Shown here piece by piece: positions 48,647 to 57,959 of a DNA stretch of 64,000 nucleotides. This DNA is from Patescibacteria group bacterium (GTDB taxonomy: Bacteria > Patescibacteriota > Minisyncoccia > Phycocordibacterales > UBA2100), in the NCBI GenBank assembly GCA_038064835.1, contig JBBTSD010000006.1:7669-71668 (forward strand), read 5' to 3'. Under the pieces are notes generated by a model. The model worked only from the letters and a program-made list of their open reading frames with translations, did not search any database and was not told where the DNA came from. The position numbers and the translations under genes were made by a program. Each line of letters opens with the position of its first letter. The stretch's first letter is position 1.

Positions 48647-49708
48647 TCAAGAGCCGCTAAAAGCTATGATGACGCCGGCGAAGGCGAACATGACCGAGAG
48701 AACCCAGTAACGCATGGTGACTTTGTGACTTGGCCAGCCGAGAGCTTCGAAATGGTGGTGCAGCGGTGCGATGCGAAGCAATTTTCGCCCATACACTTTT
48801 TTCCAAAAAATTTGCAAAATATTCGAACTAACTGTCGCAACCAAGAGAAATCCGATGACGGGGAGTACGGCAATACCAACACCATCCCCGAGCTGGTCGG
48901 TGGTAAACGCGATCACTGCGATAGTAAGCGTAAGCGCCATGGTGCCTGTTTCGGTCATATAAAAACGCGCAGGCGGTATGTTGTACCAAAGAAATGCAAG
49001 TATCCCTCCGACAATGGCGGCGCAAAATGCTGCGAGGTTAATTTGGGCTTGAACGAACGCTATGATTGCATATGATGCGAATATCGACGCGAAAACGCCA
49101 CCTGAAAGACCATCGATACCGTCAATCACACCACTTGCGTAGAGTGAGAGTGATATAGCCACGAAAAGCGGAATTATGAGCCATCCAATATACACAGGAT
49201 CACCAAAAGGAATACCCACAGAGATAACTTCAAGCTTTGCCCAGAACCACCACCCGAGCACTGTTGCAAGGACAAGAATAATGGGTAGGCGTGTTCGGAG
49301 ACGCATACCCTGACCACTCCAGCGCACATCGAGAAGATCGCTCACAAAACCTACACCGGCGCCGATGACCAATGTGACGAGAGGAATCCAGGTCTGGTCG
49401 CGAGACAAAAAATCCAGCTTGATTGTTGCGGCACTAGGAACTAGTTTGGCAATTATGCCGATACTTACGATGGTAATAAGAACACTGGCCCATATAATTA
49501 TTCCTCCCATACGCGGCGTGTGTGTCTCGAGCGATCCATGCAGACGATTAAATTCAGTCGCTTCGGCACCGTCTAGTGTCTGCTTGCCTCCGCGAATTTT
49601 CCATACACGAAATCTGTATAAGTAGTGGGTTACCAGTGGTGTTATGCCAATACCAACTGAAAAAGCGGTAATGGCAGGGACAAGTACTTTTATGATGTCG
49701 GTCGGCAT
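48647..49708 (-). CDS. mraY: Phospho-N-acetylmuramoyl-pentapeptide transferase
   Basis: DGIDGLSGG motif and polytopic topology characteristic of MraY. Confidence 0.9.
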   Translation of the reverse strand: MPTDIIKVLVPAITAFSVGIGITPLVTHYLYRFRVWKIRGGKQTLDGAEATEFNRLHGSLETHTPRMGGIIIWASVLITIVSIGIIAKLVPSAATIKLDFLSRDQTWIPLVTLVIGAGVGFVSDLLDVRWSGQGMRLRTRLPIILVLATVLGWWFWAKLEVISVGIPFGDPVYIGWLIIPLFVAISLSLYASGVIDGIDGLSGGVFASIFASYAIIAFVQAQINLAAFCAAIVGGILAFLWYNIPPARFYMTETGTMALTLTIAVIAFTTDQLGDGVGIAVLPVIGFLLVATVSSNILQIFWKKVYGRKLLRIAPLHHHFEALGWPSHKVTMRYWVLSVMFAFAGVIIAFSGS

Positions 49709-49900
49709 AGGCGACGGTGCAACCAGTATACCCTACAATATACAAACGGTCTTGACAGAGTATTCTGGATTTATATAGTGGTTTTATGCACGGTCTGGAA
49801 CATAGTGGCACACAGCATTCCCACCACTGTTGGGGTATGCGTGGTATGTGTTTCTCCTCTCACGGGGGCGTTGCATAGTGTGCCTGTGGCCACTTGCAAA

Positions 49901-49923
49901 AAGCCCCTTTTTAGGGGCTTTTT
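49901..49923. terminator. Terminator-like hairpin inside the mraY/pepA divergent intergenic region
   Basis: aagcccct-tttt-aggggcttttt with T-runs on both strands. Confidence 0.4.
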
Positions 49924-50312
49924 GGGCTGTGCAGATGTCTGATCTTTAGTGGATAAAGGATAGCAGATGGCAAATGAGGCTGCGCGCGATCCCTGGCTAT
50001 TTCCTGGGCGAGCATCGAGACCACTCCCGTATAGGGAGACTTATGAAGTAGAAACGGGTGTGTCTGCAGGACCACAGCTTGAGACCTATGAGGCATCTGT
50101 GCCTCGTGATAGCACAATGGACAGTGCAGATGGTGCTGGATATGCGGGAATAGGCCCTGATCGTCTACCGAGAAGAGATCGGTCCGACAGTCAGGATACC
50201 TGAAAAAGAGGGGGCGCGCCGTATGGTGCGTCTCCCCCTTCTGTATGATATGGTCAAAAAACAAGGCCCCCTTCTGTATCACGACTTACCATAACAATGG
50301 AATTAAAAATAT

Positions 50313-51701
50313 ATGAAAATACAATTTGGAGAAAAAAATACCGGAGTTCGCGTTGTCTTTAATGAACACGCAGGTGTTCGCTTTGAAAAAAACGAGAATG
50401 TATCTCGGATTTCATTAGGCATCAGAAAACTGACACCACTCGGTAATCGCGAGTACACTGTGCTGATTCGCCGAGTAGTGCGCGAAGCTCGTAGTCATCG
50501 TATTGCTGCGTTACTAATTTCAGTAAATGACCTCCGCAAGCTTTCCCCTGCACTGTCTGACGAGCAAATTGTCGAACACGCAGTGCAGAATTGGATTCTT
50601 GCAGATTTTGAATTTAACCAGCACAAAACACCCCCGAAAGAGGGGTGGCCAACCATTGAGTCAATCTCATTTTCGGACTGTGCGCCAAACTCCTCCATGA
50701 AAAGCGCCGTGTCGCGTGGTGAAATTGTTGCGCAGGAAGTAAATCAGTGCCGAATTCTCGCCAATATGTCAGCAGGAGAAATTACACCACGCACACTTGC
50801 ACAATGGGCTAAAAATGCAGTCAAGGGAGTCTCTCGCACTACGGTAACTATTCACGACAAAAAAGCTTTGATTCGCATGAAAGCCGGCGCAATCCTCGGG
50901 GTTGCAAAGGGATCTGCTGAAGAGCCTCGGCTCATTGTTTTGGAGTACAAAGGTGGTGGAAAGGAGGCACCAATTGCTTTTGTAGGAAAAGGAGTCACCT
51001 TTGACTCTGGTGGGATAAATATAAAACCTTCCGCGGGAGGAAGCCTGGAAGAAATGCATCTTGACATGTCAGGTGGAGCAGCTGCAATCCATGCATTTGT
51101 CGCGCTCGCTCGGCTAAAAGTCAAAAAGAATATTGTGGCAATAATCCCTTCAGTTGAAAATATGGTTGACGGTGCGTCGTATCGTCCCGGAGACATTCTC
51201 ACCTCGATGTCAGGCAAGACGATTGAAGTCATCAATACTGACGCAGAAGGTAGATTGATTCTCGCGGACGCGCTTACCTATGTCCAAAAAGAATTTTCAC
51301 CCAGGCTTATTGTGGACATCGCTACCCTTACTGGTGCGGCTCTTGTCGCGCTTGGTCAAGGTGCATCGGCGATTATGACGAAAAATCCCGAGCTGCAAGC
51401 ACTGTTCGTAAAATTAGGCGAAGAATCTGGTGATTTTGTTTGGCCACTCCCCCTATGGGATGTGTACAAAGAAAATCTTGAAAGTCGGCGCGCGGATCTT
51501 GCAAACATACCCATATCACAGAGTCGCTATGGTGGTGCCATCAACGGCGGTATGTTTCTTTCAGCTTTTGTCGACCCAAAACAACTGTGGGTCCATATCG
51601 ATATGGCTCCACGCATGACGAGTATTCCCAGTGATCAACTTGCGCATGGTGCAACCGGCGAACCCGTGCGCCTTTTGATAGCACTCGCCCAGAATTACTA
51701 A
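50313..51701 (+). CDS. pepA: Leucyl aminopeptidase (M17)
   Basis: NTDAEGRLILADALTY is the M17 signature; metal ligands are present. Confidence 0.9.
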   Translation: MKIQFGEKNTGVRVVFNEHAGVRFEKNENVSRISLGIRKLTPLGNREYTVLIRRVVREARSHRIAALLISVNDLRKLSPALSDEQIVEHAVQNWILADFEFNQHKTPPKEGWPTIESISFSDCAPNSSMKSAVSRGEIVAQEVNQCRILANMSAGEITPRTLAQWAKNAVKGVSRTTVTIHDKKALIRMKAGAILGVAKGSAEEPRLIVLEYKGGGKEAPIAFVGKGVTFDSGGINIKPSAGGSLEEMHLDMSGGAAAIHAFVALARLKVKKNIVAIIPSVENMVDGASYRPGDILTSMSGKTIEVINTDAEGRLILADALTYVQKEFSPRLIVDIATLTGAALVALGQGASAIMTKNPELQALFVKLGEESGDFVWPLPLWDVYKENLESRRADLANIPISQSRYGGAINGGMFLSAFVDPKQLWVHIDMAPRMTSIPSDQLAHGATGEPVRLLIALAQNY

Positions 51702-51710
51702 GGACTACAC

Positions 51711-52631
51711 CTACAGGTTATCTCGCGCAAGCTGGACCAATCGTTCGACATCTTGAAACCTTCCTTCGTGTGTTGAGCCAAGCACAACAACAAAGATTGG
51801 CCGCCCAATACTTGCGTCGAACACAACTGCCAGGTTCCCTCCTGCCAAATCGGTAAAACCTGTTTTCCCCGCCAAAAGGCCAGGGATTTCAGGAATTGAC
51901 ACATTGGTGTTGTGTGTCACATGCTCAATACCACTGAGCGACATCAAGAGGGTGCCATCTCTTGCGGTCCCTTGGAGTGCTTCGGGGCGTTCTCTAATGG
52001 CGTAGTGAAGAAGAGCCGCTATATCACGGGCTGATCCATACGCACCCGCTGTAGTAAGACTTTCGTCGAGTCCTGTGGGATTAAGAAAGTATGTTTGTGC
52101 TAATCCAAGGGCGCGCGCTTTTCGATTCATTGCTTCAACGGTCTTTTTTACAGGGTCTTCATCTCCAGGCAAGCGATTCCCTGTCTCGTAGGCCAATGCT
52201 AAAGCACCATCGTTCGATGAGGGAACCAGCGTCGCATCAATAAGGTCTTGTAGTTGCCATTCTTCTCCGGCATGTAGGCCGGTGTCGCCTTCGGATCCAA
52301 GCGCAGTCGCACGAATATGCACAACTGCATCCAGAGGGATTGTCTCGTGCGCGACAAGCGCTAACATAACTTTGGTGATAGAGGCAAGCGGCAATTGTGC
52401 GTTAGCATTCTTTTCAAACAAAACGCGTCCAGTAGAGGCGTCATAGACATACGCTGCATGCGCGGTGACAGGAAAATCGGCAGTACTAGGGAGGGAAGTA
52501 GCTTGTGATACAGCGGCGGGTAATGCATTTTTCTGAAACGACATTGTCGCGGAAAATACCAGTACAAACAGCGCAGAAACGGCGCATGATGTGAGGAATG
52601 CTGTCCCCACATGCTTTCTAAAAGGGTTCAT
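51711..52631 (-). CDS. D-alanyl-D-alanine carboxypeptidase (S11, low-MW PBP)
   Basis: Signal peptide, SITKVM (SxxK), SSN and KTG motifs. Confidence 0.8.
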   Translation of the reverse strand: MNPFRKHVGTAFLTSCAVSALFVLVFSATMSFQKNALPAAVSQATSLPSTADFPVTAHAAYVYDASTGRVLFEKNANAQLPLASITKVMLALVAHETIPLDAVVHIRATALGSEGDTGLHAGEEWQLQDLIDATLVPSSNDGALALAYETGNRLPGDEDPVKKTVEAMNRKARALGLAQTYFLNPTGLDESLTTAGAYGSARDIAALLHYAIRERPEALQGTARDGTLLMSLSGIEHVTHNTNVSIPEIPGLLAGKTGFTDLAGGNLAVVFDASIGRPIFVVVLGSTHEGRFQDVERLVQLARDNL

Positions 52632-53194
52632 AGAGAGGTGGGGGTGACGGATTCTTGACGGTTGCTAAAAGCCGCAAGCTTGTCGCGTAGTACAGTGAAA
52701 TCGGGAAGCTGTTCCGGTTCTTGAGTTCCCAAATGGTACATGAGTTCGATGGTGGGACGATACACCATTTCCCGCCCACCCGATTCTGGTACGCGTTCAA
52801 TGAGTCCTCGCAACAAAAGTGTTTTAATCGACGATGTTGAATTAACTCCCCGAATATAATCAATGGTAGACCGGCTGGTAGGTCCTTGGTAAAGAAGAAT
52901 GGCAAGGACTTCTAGCCCTGCCTGACCAACTTCCCTGTCCTCAGGATCACCCAACAGCTTTGCCACTGTCTCCGCTGTGTCTGGGGGTGTTGCCAACGAC
53001 ACTTGTGTTCCATTGTGGACCAGAATAATACCCTGGTTTAGGTGGCTAGAAAGTAGCGAAAGTGATGCTTGCACCTCTTCGATGCGTACCGACAAAATTT
53101 CTGCGAGTCGCGCAAGTTGCACAGGCTCCCCTGTTGCAAACAAGAGAGCTTCAATATGTTTTGATAGTTCGCTTTGATTCATTAGCTCTGTCAT
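52628..53194 (-). CDS. scpB: Segregation and condensation protein B
   Basis: HIEALLFATGEPVQLARLAEIL matches the ScpB winged-helix consensus. Overlaps scpA by 4 bp. Confidence 0.85.
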   Translation of the reverse strand: MTELMNQSELSKHIEALLFATGEPVQLARLAEILSVRIEEVQASLSLLSSHLNQGIILVHNGTQVSLATPPDTAETVAKLLGDPEDREVGQAGLEVLAILLYQGPTSRSTIDYIRGVNSTSSIKTLLLRGLIERVPESGGREMVYRPTIELMYHLGTQEPEQLPDFTVLRDKLAAFSNRQESVTPTSL

Positions 53195-53916
53195 ACGCCA
53201 TAGCGGGGGGTTGACACCCCCTCTGTTTCAAAGAGTATATCATCAAACGGCATCTGTTGCTCGGCAACAACAAATCCTCCCTTCACCAACTCCAAAAGCG
53301 CTAAAAATTGGACGATAACCTCAATACGCTCAGAACTCTTAATTTCAGAGAAGCGTAGCCGCACTGAAGACAGTACGCGGTGTTTGAGGCGATCTATCAT
53401 CTCCTCAAGCGACACTAAGGGTGTTACTGTCGCAGTCTCTCGGAAAGATTCCGTCGGCAACAGGGTCACCAAGGCTCTCAAGGAGTCGACCAGTGCTTGC
53501 AGTTGGATTCCGTATGGGGTAAATACCGGAATACGAACGATGCGTGCTCGTGCAGGAAGCCGTAAGGGCTTTGTCCCCCACTGCCTTTCAAGTAGTCGAG
53601 CGCCTTGCTTTACTAATTGATACCGGCGCAAACGGTCTTCGAGTTCTTTGATAGCACCGGCTTCTTCCGGCGATATTTCAAGGGTTGGAAGAAGCGAGCG
53701 CGATTTAATAAGTAACAGCGTAGCGGCAACAAGCACAAATTGTGCTGTTTCCCCCAAGGGGACGACTTGTTCTTGTGAGGATATGTGTGTGAGGTAGGAG
53801 TCGGTTACGGAGCCAAGTGATATCTCGTTGATGTACAGCTTTCTCTCTTCAATCAAAGACAGTAACAAATCGAGAGGGCCATCAAATGTCCCTACACGCA
53901 CCATGAACTCGGGCAT
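53191..53916 (-). CDS. scpA: Segregation and condensation protein A
   Basis: FDGPLDLLLSLIEERKLYINEISLGSVTDSYL matches the ScpA N-terminal consensus. Confidence 0.85.
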   Translation of the reverse strand: MPEFMVRVGTFDGPLDLLLSLIEERKLYINEISLGSVTDSYLTHISSQEQVVPLGETAQFVLVAATLLLIKSRSLLPTLEISPEEAGAIKELEDRLRRYQLVKQGARLLERQWGTKPLRLPARARIVRIPVFTPYGIQLQALVDSLRALVTLLPTESFRETATVTPLVSLEEMIDRLKHRVLSSVRLRFSEIKSSERIEVIVQFLALLELVKGGFVVAEQQMPFDDILFETEGVSTPRYGV

Positions 53917-53970
53917 ACGAAGAGTATAGCAAGAAAGGTTGTCCCGAAAAGAGAAAGTTCTCTCTGTACT

Positions 53971-55326
53971 CTACTCTTCCTTGGTTAGGCGGTTATCAAT
54001 ACGGGTCATGTCTCGCGGGAACGATGAAGCTTCTTTTACATTTGCGAGATTGAGCATGCGCGCGGTGATTCGTTCGAGCCCGGTAGAACACCCTCCATGT
54101 GGAGGCATCCCGTATTTGAATGCTTGCAGGTAGAACGAAAACTTTTCTGGGTCCATGCCGCGTTCGGTCATTACCGCAACTAGTTCGTCGTAATCGTGGA
54201 TGCGTTGTGCGCCGCTGTTTATTTCCAGTCCCTTAAAAAGCAAATCGAAACTTCGCGAAAACCCAGGCATCGCTGGATCAGGGTGTGTGTAGAACGCTCG
54301 CTTGCGCGTTGGGAAATGTGTAATGAATACAAAATCTGAGCCATGCTCTTTCCGTGCCCATTCGCAAATCTGTCGTTCGTGCTCGGGTTCAAGATCAAGT
54401 TCACCCACTGCTTTTTCACCAAATTCGCGTTCGATAATTTCCTGTGCTTCAGTCAGTGTAAAGGCCGGGAATTTAACAGCTGGCAAAAGAGGAGCGGCGA
54501 CACCCAGGCGAACAAGGGCGCCTGAATGCTTCTCGATAACCCTCGTTGCAATGTGTCGCATTACATCTTCGAGGACCGACATAACCTCTCGATGATCATG
54601 CACAAATCCCATTTCAAACTCCATCTGCGTAATTTCACTCAAATGGCGTGTAGTTGCGCTCTTCTCTCCGCGAAAAGTTTTGGCGATAGTCATCACCCGC
54701 TCAAAAGGCCCGACCATAATTTGCTTGTATAGCTGACCGCTCGTTGCAAGGAACGCGGTCTTCCCGTAATAGTCGTCAATTTTAAAAGCTGCTGCGCCCC
54801 CTTCTGCATCGCCGCCAACAAGCACGGGCGCCTGAAACTCTACAAAATCCCAAGAAACAAGTGAGTCACGAAACGCTTGAAGAATGGTTGCTTGCACGCG
54901 AAAGATATCGCGAGTGCGCTCGCGTCGCAAAGTAAGTGGCAGGTAATCAAAGTGTGTATCGATGTTGAGATCAGCATCCTTCTCGAAAGGAAGTTCTTTC
55001 GCCTTGGAAAGAACAGAGATTGATTCAACGCCAAGCTCGATAGATCCATTAAACTCATCTTTTCGCATTTTCTCTGGTCGCTCTTTTACCTCACCAACTA
55101 CCTCCACGCACCATTCGGTCCGCAAATCAGGTGCAACTTGGAAAACACCTTCGTCTTTTCCGTTTGCGACAGCTTGCACAGTGCCACTTCCATCACGAAG
55201 TACCAAAAAGATAAGCTTTCCGTGATTACGGCGCACATCGACCCATCCAGACACAGAGACTTTCTGGCCAATTTTTCCTGTGAGGTCTTTAATGTGTGTA
55301 CGATCCATAAAATTATAATGTACCAA
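53971..55326 (-). CDS. aspS: Class IIb aminoacyl-tRNA synthetase, archaeal/eukaryotic-type AspRS (possibly non-discriminating) or AsnRS
   Basis: N-terminal OB-fold anticodon domain, motif 2 FRGEKSATTRHLSEITQMEFEMGF and motif 3 GMPPHGGCSTGLERITARML. AspRS and AsnRS cannot be separated by eye. Confidence 0.75.
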   Translation of the reverse strand: MVHYNFMDRTHIKDLTGKIGQKVSVSGWVDVRRNHGKLIFLVLRDGSGTVQAVANGKDEGVFQVAPDLRTEWCVEVVGEVKERPEKMRKDEFNGSIELGVESISVLSKAKELPFEKDADLNIDTHFDYLPLTLRRERTRDIFRVQATILQAFRDSLVSWDFVEFQAPVLVGGDAEGGAAAFKIDDYYGKTAFLATSGQLYKQIMVGPFERVMTIAKTFRGEKSATTRHLSEITQMEFEMGFVHDHREVMSVLEDVMRHIATRVIEKHSGALVRLGVAAPLLPAVKFPAFTLTEAQEIIEREFGEKAVGELDLEPEHERQICEWARKEHGSDFVFITHFPTRKRAFYTHPDPAMPGFSRSFDLLFKGLEINSGAQRIHDYDELVAVMTERGMDPEKFSFYLQAFKYGMPPHGGCSTGLERITARMLNLANVKEASSFPRDMTRIDNRLTKEE

Positions 55327-55329
55327 CGA

Positions 55330-56265
55330 TTACAGTACTACGCCAATTCGTTCACGCACGGTGGCCATTTTGATAGAAGCAACGGCGCGCGCCTTGTCGC
55401 TCCCCTCTCTCAGAATCGCACGCACCTCGTCATCTGTTATTTCCGAACGGCGCTCGCGCATGGGCGCAACCACCGATTCGATGTCTTGAATCAAAGCCTC
55501 TTTCAATGCCTTGTAGTTGTTTTGATTGGCATCATACAGCATCTCAAGAGAGGCACTGTCTTTGAAATGCGAGTGAATGGCGTATACATGTTCAGGACGC
55601 CCCCCAGCAGAATCAGTTACAATCGACATAACCGCCTTGGCGATCTCGTCCTTGGTTCCAAAAAGCGGAATTGTGTTCCCGTAACTTTTGCTCATCTTTT
55701 TGCCATCCGTCCCAGGTAAAATCGCTGTCGCTTCTTGGATAAATTCCTTAGGTTCTTTGAAAGTGTCTCCGTACGCTTTGTTAAATTTTGCCGCCGCCTC
55801 GCGCGCATATTCGATATGCTGGCGCTGGTCGGCGCCCACAGGCACGACATCCGTATCGTAAAGCAAGATATCTGCCGCCATAAGCATGGGGTAGTTAAAA
55901 AGACCGGCGTTTGCCTCGAGTCCTTTCGCAATTTTATCTTTGTAGGCGTGCGAGAGCTCTAAAAACGGCACAGTGACCAGGCATTCAAAAATCCAGGCCA
56001 ACTCGGTATGTTCTTGCACTTGTGATTGCTGAAAAATAACTGCCTTCTGTGGATCAATGCCCGCAGCAACATAATCTCGCACAACACTTGCAATATTCTG
56101 AGAAAGCAACTTTGAGTCTTTGAGCGAAGTGAGTGCGTGGTAGTCGACGACCATGAGAAAACTCTCGTACTGGCTATACATGTCAGCAAAGGGCTTCAGG
56201 GCACCCAGATAGTTCCCAATATGAAGGTTGCCTGATGGCTGAAGACCCGTGAGTAATCTCTTCAT
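55330..56265 (-). CDS. trpS: Tryptophanyl-tRNA synthetase
   Basis: LTGLQPSGNLHIGNYLGAL (HIGH) and KMSKS. Confidence 0.9.
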   Translation of the reverse strand: MKRLLTGLQPSGNLHIGNYLGALKPFADMYSQYESFLMVVDYHALTSLKDSKLLSQNIASVVRDYVAAGIDPQKAVIFQQSQVQEHTELAWIFECLVTVPFLELSHAYKDKIAKGLEANAGLFNYPMLMAADILLYDTDVVPVGADQRQHIEYAREAAAKFNKAYGDTFKEPKEFIQEATAILPGTDGKKMSKSYGNTIPLFGTKDEIAKAVMSIVTDSAGGRPEHVYAIHSHFKDSASLEMLYDANQNNYKALKEALIQDIESVVAPMRERRSEITDDEVRAILREGSDKARAVASIKMATVRERIGVVL

Positions 56266-56289
56266 CTCGTCATGGTAGCAGAAAACTCT

Positions 56290-57945
56290 TTAATTTCCAG
56301 CGCGAGTTTCCGGAGAAGACGCCTGGTCAAAGTCTATAAGGTAGAGTCTGGGCACTCGTGTGAAATCTGGCTCTCCATTTTCTTTTCGAAAAAACCGAAG
56401 GACAAAATTATGACGGTGGGCGTGACCGTGATTTATGGTCTGCGATCTCAGGACTTTCAATATTTTATCCTCCTGTTCGTAAAGGTCAGCTCGAAAAGTT
56501 CCGTTCATGTCGAGCCATTGCTGGAGGTTTATATCCAGAACCCCCGCATACACATCCACCAAACCTTTGCGATTGAGGCGGTATGACTGGATTGGCTCGA
56601 TTGGAACATAGTCAAAGCCCGCCGCACGCCATAAAATATGTCCTTCAAAAAGTTTTTTCCATGCCAAGAACGCGTCCGCCGGAATGTGTCGCACAATCAA
56701 GTGATTTTTGAGTGGGCCTCCGACAAGAGTTGTTTCAGAGCCAGTTTTTGCAAACGGTCTCCGAGCAATCTGTTTTGAATTTAGTGTTGTGTCTTTGTCG
56801 TACAGTGGTGGTTCTACCAGCTCGGTGGCACAGTGTTTCATCGCTAAGGCTAACAATGCATTCTTGGAATTTTCAGGGGCATGCGCAATGAGGCGAAGGG
56901 CCGCGCGCCGCTCTAACTCATTGGTACCCATAATAGAGGCTTCTATTCGCTTGGCCGCGATTGGTGAAAGTGTCTCGCGCTCTTTAGTCGATCCCAAGCT
57001 GAGTAGTGCCAAAAGTACTGGTCGCATTACTTCGGGCGATACACGTTCGAGAGCCACCCGAATGAGATCTAGCACTTCTGAAGCGCGGGCGTACTTAATG
57101 AGGTCGACCGCCACTTTCTGCTGTCCTCTATCATTACTCAATAACCGCGTTTTGATACCCTGCTCAAAAAGTGCTTGTATTTTTCTATTGTTTGCATGAT
57201 CAGGAATCAGTCTGCCGACAATTGCAAAAGTGCCTGGAGTAGGAAGTGCCAAAGCTATGCGAAGCAGAGTTGGCGCCACTTTCGAAGAGGTGAATCTGAT
57301 TAGTTTGGTTGCGTCCTCTTGTCTTGCATTGTCCGAGACATCACTTAGATTTTCCTGAATTTTTTGAGTTAATAGTTTCTCCAGCCGTACCAGCTTATCA
57401 CCTATAAAAAAATTCATATTCTTAGCCGCTAGCAGTCTTTGTTCAGGAGTCCCTGTCGTAATCCACTGTTCCAGGCGGTCAGCTAGCGGTGTGTATAGAT
57501 TCTTTAAATGAGGACCTTGCACCAACATTGTCAGAATACTTAGCGCGGCAGTAATAACCGTATGATCGGTGTCGTTGAGCCCAATTTCCAGGAACACTGC
57601 TACTTCACTTTCCGGAACTCGGGTGAGCATTTTCACAGCCCGTACTCGTACTGTTGGGTCGGGACTTGCAAGCATTTCCCGCACGAGCCGCGTGACGGTC
57701 TCGCCATCCATGGTGGACAAGGAGCGCTCGATAATTTCGTGCGGGCTGAGGAGAGGCACTCCACCCGCGTTTTGGCGCATGGCGAGCTCCCGAATGGCCT
57801 GGTCTTGGGTTCGGTCGCGTTCGTACCGTGCTATGTCACTGGCAGTAATTTTCGCATGACCCGAAATTTCATACATGGAAAGTGGCGCATTCCCCAAACC
57901 TTCAGCAGGTCTCCTGTTTGTCTGGGACGGCTGATTTTCAGGCAT
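56290..57945 (-). CDS. HEAT/ARM-like alpha-solenoid protein with a C-terminal atypical protein-kinase-like domain
   Basis: Repetitive helical N-terminus. The C-terminus has a catalytic-loop-like INHGHAHRHNFVL (HGD-x-H-x-x-N with Asp replaced by His) and a DFG-like LIDFDQAS. Confidence 0.5.
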   Translation of the reverse strand: MPENQPSQTNRRPAEGLGNAPLSMYEISGHAKITASDIARYERDRTQDQAIRELAMRQNAGGVPLLSPHEIIERSLSTMDGETVTRLVREMLASPDPTVRVRAVKMLTRVPESEVAVFLEIGLNDTDHTVITAALSILTMLVQGPHLKNLYTPLADRLEQWITTGTPEQRLLAAKNMNFFIGDKLVRLEKLLTQKIQENLSDVSDNARQEDATKLIRFTSSKVAPTLLRIALALPTPGTFAIVGRLIPDHANNRKIQALFEQGIKTRLLSNDRGQQKVAVDLIKYARASEVLDLIRVALERVSPEVMRPVLLALLSLGSTKERETLSPIAAKRIEASIMGTNELERRAALRLIAHAPENSKNALLALAMKHCATELVEPPLYDKDTTLNSKQIARRPFAKTGSETTLVGGPLKNHLIVRHIPADAFLAWKKLFEGHILWRAAGFDYVPIEPIQSYRLNRKGLVDVYAGVLDINLQQWLDMNGTFRADLYEQEDKILKVLRSQTINHGHAHRHNFVLRFFRKENGEPDFTRVPRLYLIDFDQASSPETRAGN

Positions 57946-57959
57946 GGCACAGTATAGCC

